This document shows, piece by piece, positions 58,103 through 64,000 of a stretch of 64,000 bases of DNA. How positions within the stretch are numbered: the first letter of the stretch is position 1; every line of letters begins with the position of its first letter. A program made the position numbers and the translations under genes. The notes under the pieces were generated by a model. The model was not told the DNA's origin. It did not search any database and saw only the letters and a program-made list of their open reading frames with translations. This stretch comes from Gemmatales bacterium (GTDB lineage Bacteria > Planctomycetota > Planctomycetia > Gemmatales > HRBIN36): the NCBI GenBank assembly GCA_046350055.1, contig JAXMBC010000001.1:3646660-3710659 (forward strand), written 5' to 3'.

Positions 58103-58924
58103 ATGAGCCAGCAAGACGAACGGGATTATGTTCTGGGAACTCATCAGGCCGAAGTGGAACGGCTAGGCATTCAGCATCGGGTGTGGCGGCCCATGGTGCT
58201 TGACTGTTGGCGACAGGCAGGCATTACCACCGGCAGCAAGGTGCTCGATGTCGGCGCAGGACCTGGCTATGCCACGGTCGATCTGGCCGAGATCGTCGGA
58301 CCGACAGGCGAGGTCTGGGCACTCGAGCGCTCGCAGCGGTTCCTCCAGTCCGCCCGGCAGACCTGTGAGCATCGGCAACTGCATCAGGTTCACTATCACG
58401 AAGCGGATTTGATGGTCGATCCGCTGCCGGTGCAGGGCATGGATGCGACATGGTGCCGATGGGTCGCGTGCTTCGTGTCATCGCCCAAGATACTGATCGA
58501 GAAGCTGGCTGGGGCGTTGCGACCGGGCGGCGTGGCGATCTTCCATGAGTATGTGGACTACGGCACCTGGCAACTGCTGCCACCCCGTCCGCTGCAGACC
58601 GAGTTCGTCAGGCAGGTGATGGCCAGTTGGCGACAGAATGGCGGCGAACCCGACATTGCCCGGCAACTGCCGACATTGTTGATTGACTGCGGCCTGCGGG
58701 TCATACAAACGACACCGCGCGTCTTCTGCGTGAAGCCTGACAATTATCTTTGGCAATGGCCTGCTTCGTTCATGGAGACGGGACTGACCCGTCTGGTGGA
58801 ATTGAAACTGGTCGCCGCTGAGCAGGCTGTGGCTACACGGCAGGAGTTTCATGAAGCTGAGGCGAACCCGGCGACGCTGATGGTGACGCCGGTGGTGCTG
58901 GAGATCGTGGCAGTGAAGGGGTGA
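58103..58924 (+). CDS. class I SAM-dependent methyltransferase (small-molecule/Methyltransf_11-25 type)
   Basis: SAM motif I VLDVGAGPGYATVDLAE and post-I ALERS, with motif LRPGGVAIF. No DPPY/NPPY DNA-methylase motif is present. GAGGTG lies before the ATG. Confidence 0.75.
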   Translation: MSQQDERDYVLGTHQAEVERLGIQHRVWRPMVLDCWRQAGITTGSKVLDVGAGPGYATVDLAEIVGPTGEVWALERSQRFLQSARQTCEHRQLHQVHYHEADLMVDPLPVQGMDATWCRWVACFVSSPKILIEKLAGALRPGGVAIFHEYVDYGTWQLLPPRPLQTEFVRQVMASWRQNGGEPDIARQLPTLLIDCGLRVIQTTPRVFCVKPDNYLWQWPASFMETGLTRLVELKLVAAEQAVATRQEFHEAEANPATLMVTPVVLEIVAVKG

Positions 58925-58969
58925 GAACTGACTTGCAATGGTGAGCGAACTCACAGCCCGCGGCGCAAG

Positions 58970-58988
58970 CCCCACATTCCGCACCTTG
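58970..58988. repeat. IS left terminal inverted repeat
   Basis: CCCCACATTCCGCACCTTG is the exact reverse complement of 60979-60997. Confidence 0.85.
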
Positions 58989-59025
58989 GGTCGTGGGGCA
59001 AGGTGGGGAAGGCGGGGTCAATGTA

Positions 59026-60825
59026 TCATCCGGAGGGGCGGTGGGGGAGGAGTTGTCGGTGGAGGGAGGGGAAGCGGAGTGACACGAGGATGTCACGTTG
59101 ACGGGGATTCACTTGCGACGGCGTCATGACATTGCGGCCTGCTTCTGTCCAGGTGATGATGGGGCAGGTGCGGAAGGCACGCTCCAGGACTTCGGCGGTC
59201 ATGCGACGTTCACTCTGTTCCTGATCTTCGGCGGTCATGCGACGTTCACTCTGTTCCTGATCTTCGGCGGTCATGCGACGTTCACTCTGTTCCTGATCTT
59301 CGGCATGGCGGAGACGGTAGCGACGTTCCACGACCTGACGGAATTGCAGGGCGAGCATCAGTAAACAGACCAGCGCCTCCACGCGGCGGGGCGATTTGAG
59401 GAACACGGGTGCCACGGCCAGCGGCGTCTTGTATTCGTGATGCGACCGTTCGATATACGCCTGCTGTTTGTAAATGGTGAACAGGGCGTCGCCACTCGTC
59501 GTCTGCGGAGCGGTGGTCACCAGGGCAGCGAGGCCATCGTAGCGGGCATCCGCTGTCGCCGCCGCTTCGTCGAAGCTCCAGACAAGACGATGCTTGGCCC
59601 GCTGATGTCCGCTTTTGGGCTGGGGCAGCGCGGCCTGTTCTTCGGGGGTCAGCGGCACCATCTCATAGGTGAAGAATGACTTCACCGCTCTCTTGCCCAT
59701 CAGCGCCGCCACCTGCTGGTGAATCTTCACCGGCGTGCATTGCGGATGGCCTCGCAACAGCTTCTCGTTCAGCTTCTGAAGTCCGGCCTTCACCGTGGCG
59801 ATGTTCTTCTCGCGTCGCTGTCCCGCTTCACGCCAACCAGCAGTGCTCTTGACGAAGATGACCCGTGCCGCGATGGGCTGCTTCTTCCCTGCCGTCGGCT
59901 GCGGATCGATGACGTCATGGTCGATCACCGCCAGTTCGTAATGATCCTTCACCAGCGACGACTGACAGGCGCGGCGGCGCTGCTGTTCCTGCGACAGATA
60001 GCTGGCCTGCTTCCACGGTAGCGATTCGGCGCGCTGGTCGTAGAGCTTCTGGTAGTCGTTCCAGGGCACGGCGCAGAGCACATGCCGACCATCGCGATGC
60101 AGGCGGGCGACATGCTCCGCCGAGAACGTGCCGCGGTCGGAAGTCATCAGCAAACCTTCGGGCAACGGCAGCAGACGCTTCATCAGATCGTACTGCTCGC
60201 GCATGGCGGTCTGGCCGTTGCGGTTGCCATCAAGCGGATGCACGAAGACCGGCACGAAGTTGATGTCATCGACAAAGGCCGCGACGCCGATGTTGATCAT
60301 GCGACGACGGCTGAGGTAGCCGTGGCCCAGATGCGCCGGCGGCAGGGCGGCATCCTGCGGTGTGGCTTCTCGCGGCGAAAGCGCGGGACGAGGCGTTGAA
60401 CTATCGTAGCTGCCGGTGAAGGTAAGGTGGGTGGGATCGAAGTGGAGCCGCGTGAGTTGGAGGTCGGCCCACTTCAGGGTCGCCGTGGTGACATGGGCCA
60501 GCAGCGAATGGCGATGGTCGAAGAAGGCGTCGAGCGCGCGACCGAGACGATCATCGTTGAGCTTGTCGGCGGGGATGCCTTGCAACGCGGCCACTCCCGA
60601 CTCTTCGGCCCACTGGGCCACGTTCATCAAGGCGAGGGGATGATTCAGCCGCGCGTGCAACAGCAATTGCAACACCTGGCCGTGGGAATACTCCTGCTGT
60701 GGATCGCGCGGCAGGTGCTGATCAAAGAGCGACGGCAAATCCAGTTCGTGGAACAGCGGCTGATACAACGGCCACGGCCCCAGGTTGCACACCGCCATCT
60801 CGGCTGCCGCCGACTGACTCAGCAT
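59026..60825 (-). CDS. IS1634-like DDE transposase
   Basis: N-terminal ..KLNDDRLGRALDAF.. and C-terminal YKQQAYIERSHHEYK (a Y-x2-Q-x3-E-x6-K variant of the IS4 signature). The ORF is uninterrupted. Confidence 0.75.
   Translation of the reverse strand: MLSQSAAAEMAVCNLGPWPLYQPLFHELDLPSLFDQHLPRDPQQEYSHGQVLQLLLHARLNHPLALMNVAQWAEESGVAALQGIPADKLNDDRLGRALDAFFDHRHSLLAHVTTATLKWADLQLTRLHFDPTHLTFTGSYDSSTPRPALSPREATPQDAALPPAHLGHGYLSRRRMINIGVAAFVDDINFVPVFVHPLDGNRNGQTAMREQYDLMKRLLPLPEGLLMTSDRGTFSAEHVARLHRDGRHVLCAVPWNDYQKLYDQRAESLPWKQASYLSQEQQRRRACQSSLVKDHYELAVIDHDVIDPQPTAGKKQPIAARVIFVKSTAGWREAGQRREKNIATVKAGLQKLNEKLLRGHPQCTPVKIHQQVAALMGKRAVKSFFTYEMVPLTPEEQAALPQPKSGHQRAKHRLVWSFDEAAATADARYDGLAALVTTAPQTTSGDALFTIYKQQAYIERSHHEYKTPLAVAPVFLKSPRRVEALVCLLMLALQFRQVVERRYRLRHAEDQEQSERRMTAEDQEQSERRMTAEDQEQSERRMTAEVLERAFRTCPIITWTEAGRNVMTPSQVNPRQRDILVSLRFPSLHRQLLPHRPSG
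59191..59304. repeat. perfect 36-bp tandem repeat x3 (+6 nt) inside the transposase ORF
   Basis: TTCGGCGGTCATGCGACGTTCACTCTGTTCCTGATC at 59191, 59227 and 59263. On the minus strand it encodes (AEDQEQSERRMT)x3. Confidence 0.95.
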
Positions 60826-60978
60826 CGCGACTTCTCCACGTCCGTGCGAAGTTCCCGTTGCGCGTCATTGAGGTGCACCGCATTCTAGTAAAGACCACAC
60901 TGTCTGCTCGACAGGAGTTTGGGTTGCGGATAATATCCTGAAACAAAACACCGTCGCCCACCACCGAGCCCGATTGAA

Positions 60979-60997
60979 CAAGGTGCGGAATGTGGGG
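60979..60997. repeat. IS right terminal inverted repeat
   Basis: CAAGGTGCGGAATGTGGGG is the reverse complement of 58970-58988. Confidence 0.85.
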
Positions 60998-61238
60998 CAA
61001 GCTAGGGCGTGGTTTGCAACTGTGACGAGTGATTCACGGTTGCGAGCGCACCTCATTGCATAGCTATCACGAAGTGTTCGTCGTGGTATGTAAACTATCT
61101 CAGCGTGAACCAGCCCTCGCTTCGCATTGGGTTGCAATCGCGTAACATATCATGATGACAGGGTATTACTGCAATCCCCGCGCTCTCTTACGCTTCGGGC
61201 TGCGAATAGGCTAACTTTCGCTTGGTGGAGGACCGCGA

Positions 61239-64000
61239 TTATCCACGCCGTAGCACCCGCAGTGGTCCCAGCATCGTGTTCTGACTGAAGCGTAGCTTCG
61301 CTTTTGCCTGCTTCGCTACCTCGCTCAGGTCACAGGCATCCTGAAATTCGCACTGTTCACAGATGTGCTTGTCATCGGTGGCGAGGAACAGGCCACCTTG
61401 CAGGACATCGAGTAGTGTGTCGATAACCTTTGCATCCTGACGCAATTCCTCACTGTTCCACAGGAGGCGGTCGCCCTGGCCGCCACGCTGGCCGGGAAAG
61501 AAGTAGCCTGCCCCGGCGACGCGGGCCTCAGCATGGACGACTTCGCGAAGGCGTTTCTCAACCATCTCCAGATATAACAGAGGCTGGAGCAGTTGTCCGC
61601 TCTGACGTGCCTGCTGACTCTGATACGAGCGCATCTTGCCAGTCTTATAGTCCCAGACGAAGAAGTGAGGCGGACCGCCATCAGCTTCACTGGCAACGAT
61701 TGCGTCAATGCGATCGACCCGGCCTTGCAGCAGGACGGTGCGACCTGACGGCAGCCGCAGACTCACGGGCGTGGTGGTGTCGAGGTCGGAAGCCAGCGGG
61801 GCTTCCGCGACCATGCCGAGGGCGGTTTCGAAATAGCGGGGCACGTGTCGCTCGGCCCACTGGGTCTCTTCGCCCAGAAAGATGTGCAACGTCTCCTTGA
61901 GTTCATTGATCTCCGCTTCGCGCACATAGCTTGTGACTTCGGGCAGGCGAGGCTTCCACGTTTCGAGTGTCTCGTCGAGCAGTTTGAGCAGGCGGGGCAT
62001 GTCAGCTAGCTTGTCGGGCAGCCGTTGTTGTCGCACCAGTTCCAGGTGATAGTGATGGAAGATCGTATGCAGCACCTCGCCGCGTATGACGGGGTGGAGC
62101 CAGCGGCCAGTTACTTCCTCCAGATGTTCAGGGGCATCAAGCCGCAGCACTTCGTGGTAGAAGAACTGGAGCGGACAGCGGGCGAGCCGCTGGAGTGAAT
62201 GCGCTGAAAACTTGTAATGAATGTCGAACAGGGTTCCTGCGTCCGGCACCCAGCCATCGTGCGCGCTGAACCGGAAGTTCTTCCGCTGGGAAGCTGCATA
62301 GGCACCTCGACAAAGCAGTGGAAAATCATGTTTGAACAACGCATCCTTGAAGGGCTGGTCAGGCCAGTGATCGAGCCATTCTTCGGTTGCTGTAACGCGG
62401 CACAAGGGCGACTGGGTGCCCAGCGGTGCTTCGAGCCAGGTTTCCAGGTCGTGAAGGTCGCCTTCGGGCAAACCTGCCTGCAAACGAAAGACCCGCATGA
62501 AAAGCTGGCTGGGGAATCGTTCTCGATCGTCCAACTGATCTGCGCAGGGATAGAGAAAGACGATGGAACCAGTCGATTGCGTCAGCAATGTGAGAGCAGC
62601 CTGATCCTGCAGATGCAGCAGCTCTCGTGTCGATTGCTGGGCGAGTTCCGGAGATAGCGCTTTGCGTTCCCGATCGGTGAGCAGCGAAGTGCGAACTGGC
62701 ATCGTAGGGAACAAGTCTTCGGAAAGGCCAACGCAAAACGTATAGGGCCGTCGAAGACTCTGCTCCAGACGAAGGGGTGTCAGTACGAGATGCCCGGGCT
62801 CAGGTTCTTCTGGTGGCAGCACTGTGGCATCAAGCCAGGCGAGCAGCCTCTGCCTCATGTCTAACTGTGTCATCGCAGCTTCATGCCGATAGGCTTCACA
62901 GTAACTGGAAATGAGTGTCGCAGCCGATACATCCCAGGTCAGTGTCATTCGACAGTGCTGCTTGACAAAGTGCGTTACTGCATCGCAAAAGGTGTTGCCC
63001 TCTTCAGGAAGGGCAAGTGACATGAGTTCCTGCACGATATCCAGCAGTGAAGTGGCAGCTCGAGCGAGGTGCTTTCCAGAACGATGCCTGACGATGAACT
63101 GCTCTACCTGTTCGGGCCAGGCATCCCGGCTGCGGAAATAGGGTAGATGACGCAATGCCTGTAACAATTCTTCGCCACGACAGCCGACGGGCAGGACAAC
63201 CAGGTCTTGAAGGAATAGTTCCGCTAGCCCATCACTGGCAAAGTCAGTACTGATCCACTGGAGCCAGAACTGCAGTGCGCGGCCAGGCTTCGTCCATCGA
63301 AGCGGCACACCACCACGGAAACAGATTGGCGTGCGACCCTGCTTTGGCTGTTGTGTGGCAGCCAGCAAAGTGTGGAAAAGCTCCGGATACAGTGTTTCCT
63401 CCGAATACAGAACCTCTGCCTGTCCGAAGGGGATTCCCTTTTGCAGCAGTGTGCCGAGCACAGCGCGTACTTCAAACTCAGGGCTCAAGGCTCGGAAAAG
63501 TTTTACCGTACCATCGTTCAGGGCAGGGGGGGCCTCAGCGGGCTCGCTAAGCCAGGCAAGACGTTGACTGTCTCGTTCGATTGCAACCTGTGCCACTTCA
63601 GACAGTCGTGGCCATATCGCCTTTTGCTCTTCCGGAATCTGATCGAGCACACTTTGCAGCAACCCGCGGACCCGCAATTCCTCAGGCACATAAAAACAGA
63701 CTGAATGAGTCAGACTGCCCTGTATAAGATGATCGCGAGCCAGGGCACATAGTCGGGCTGGATCAACCCATCGCTTGGCTTCTAACTCGGTTTCGTAGTC
63801 GTTCAGCAGTTGATGGAGCAGCTTGCCTTTCTCTCGAGCCGGGAACGCTTCGGGTGCCAGGGAGTCAGCATCCAGTCCGGCCATCCGCACTTCCTGGATG
63901 GTGGCAGTCAGACTGCTGAGCAAGCCATCGCCACTACCTATCTGGGCCAGGGCCTTGTCACTCAACTCCGGTTCGAGTGCTTTCCACAAGCGATTGACCA
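61239..64000 (-). CDS. AddB-like PD-(D/E)XK nuclease with Fe-S cluster cysteines; N-terminus probably outside the window
   Basis: RecB-type nuclease motifs GRVDRID and VWDYKTGK, plus QLLQPLLY. Cys ligand pattern LARCPLQFF ... CEQCEFQDAC. The frame is still open at the window edge. Confidence 0.75.
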   Translation of the reverse strand, partial: VNRLWKALEPELSDKALAQIGSGDGLLSSLTATIQEVRMAGLDADSLAPEAFPAREKGKLLHQLLNDYETELEAKRWVDPARLCALARDHLIQGSLTHSVCFYVPEELRVRGLLQSVLDQIPEEQKAIWPRLSEVAQVAIERDSQRLAWLSEPAEAPPALNDGTVKLFRALSPEFEVRAVLGTLLQKGIPFGQAEVLYSEETLYPELFHTLLAATQQPKQGRTPICFRGGVPLRWTKPGRALQFWLQWISTDFASDGLAELFLQDLVVLPVGCRGEELLQALRHLPYFRSRDAWPEQVEQFIVRHRSGKHLARAATSLLDIVQELMSLALPEEGNTFCDAVTHFVKQHCRMTLTWDVSAATLISSYCEAYRHEAAMTQLDMRQRLLAWLDATVLPPEEPEPGHLVLTPLRLEQSLRRPYTFCVGLSEDLFPTMPVRTSLLTDRERKALSPELAQQSTRELLHLQDQAALTLLTQSTGSIVFLYPCADQLDDRERFPSQLFMRVFRLQAGLPEGDLHDLETWLEAPLGTQSPLCRVTATEEWLDHWPDQPFKDALFKHDFPLLCRGAYAASQRKNFRFSAHDGWVPDAGTLFDIHYKFSAHSLQRLARCPLQFFYHEVLRLDAPEHLEEVTGRWLHPVIRGEVLHTIFHHYHLELVRQQRLPDKLADMPRLLKLLDETLETWKPRLPEVTSYVREAEINELKETLHIFLGEETQWAERHVPRYFETALGMVAEAPLASDLDTTTPVSLRLPSGRTVLLQGRVDRIDAIVASEADGGPPHFFVWDYKTGKMRSYQSQQARQSGQLLQPLLYLEMVEKRLREVVHAEARVAGAGYFFPGQRGGQGDRLLWNSEELRQDAKVIDTLLDVLQGGLFLATDDKHICEQCEFQDACDLSEVAKQAKAKLRFSQNTMLGPLRVLRRG

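Larger units (their letters stand above)
58970..60997 (-). mobile_element. IS4-superfamily (IS1634-like) insertion sequence, apparently intact, ~2.03 kb
   Basis: 19-bp perfect terminal inverted repeats and a flanking direct repeat (G)CAAG at 58965/6-58969 and 60997/8-61001. There is a single 599-aa transposase ORF. Local GC is higher than in neighbouring genes by spot count. Confidence 0.8.

Noticed and set aside
58995-59047. Runs of GGGG on the plus strand at the IS left end (potential G-quadruplex)
   Set aside because: The fourth run is 17 nt away and most of the tract is simply the reverse complement of the transposase C-terminal codons. There is no independent evidence of function.
59191-59304. 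36-bp perfect direct repeats, a typical CRISPR repeat length
   Set aside because: The copies are contiguous with no spacers, lie in frame inside the transposase ORF, and no cas genes are nearby. This is a tandem duplication, not a CRISPR array.

Overview
This is a 64-kb, gene-dense chromosomal window with about 50 protein-coding genes. I found no rRNA, tRNA or CRISPR array by eye. The gene content points to a Planctomycetota genome, which is an inference. It rests on a DUF1559 protein with a prepilin-type leader (FTLIELLVVIAIIALL), giant TPR/coiled-coil lipoproteins, membrane Ser/Thr kinases and housekeeping genes scattered out of their usual operons.

Housekeeping genes: secG, yicC-gmk-rpoZ, a long-chain polyprenyl synthase, acpP-fabF, pdxJ, gcvPB, rpsR, ribF, an Nfu-type Fe-S protein, a nagB-like deaminase, an SDR, a THUMP RNA methyltransferase and a UbiA-type prenyltransferase.

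Envelope genes: a Tad-type secretin with two lipoproteins (0.5-4.3 kb), and a polysaccharide export/initiation module at 47-54 kb (Wza-like, PHP tyrosine phosphatase, Wzc-like BY-kinase, WecA-like transferase).

Signalling genes: one HK/RR pair and two membrane Ser/Thr kinases. One of these carries two paralogous kinase domains in tandem.

The most plastic region is 54.3-64 kb. A UvrD-like helicase and an AddB-like Fe-S nuclease are separated by about 4.2 kb. That interval holds a very basic 168-aa ORF translationally coupled to the helicase, a degenerate 111-bp tandem repeat, an opposite-strand SAM methyltransferase, and an apparently intact IS1634-like element. The IS has 19-bp inverted repeats, a 4-5 bp target duplication and a perfect in-frame 36-bp triplication inside its transposase.

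I recognise no known defence, toxin or biosynthetic system. The most unusual items are the tandem kinase, a 1641-aa periodic lipoprotein, the orf168-helicase coupling with its upstream repeats, and a hyper-expanded tyrosine tail on the BY-kinase. All functional calls come from motif reading of the supplied translations; no database search was possible.
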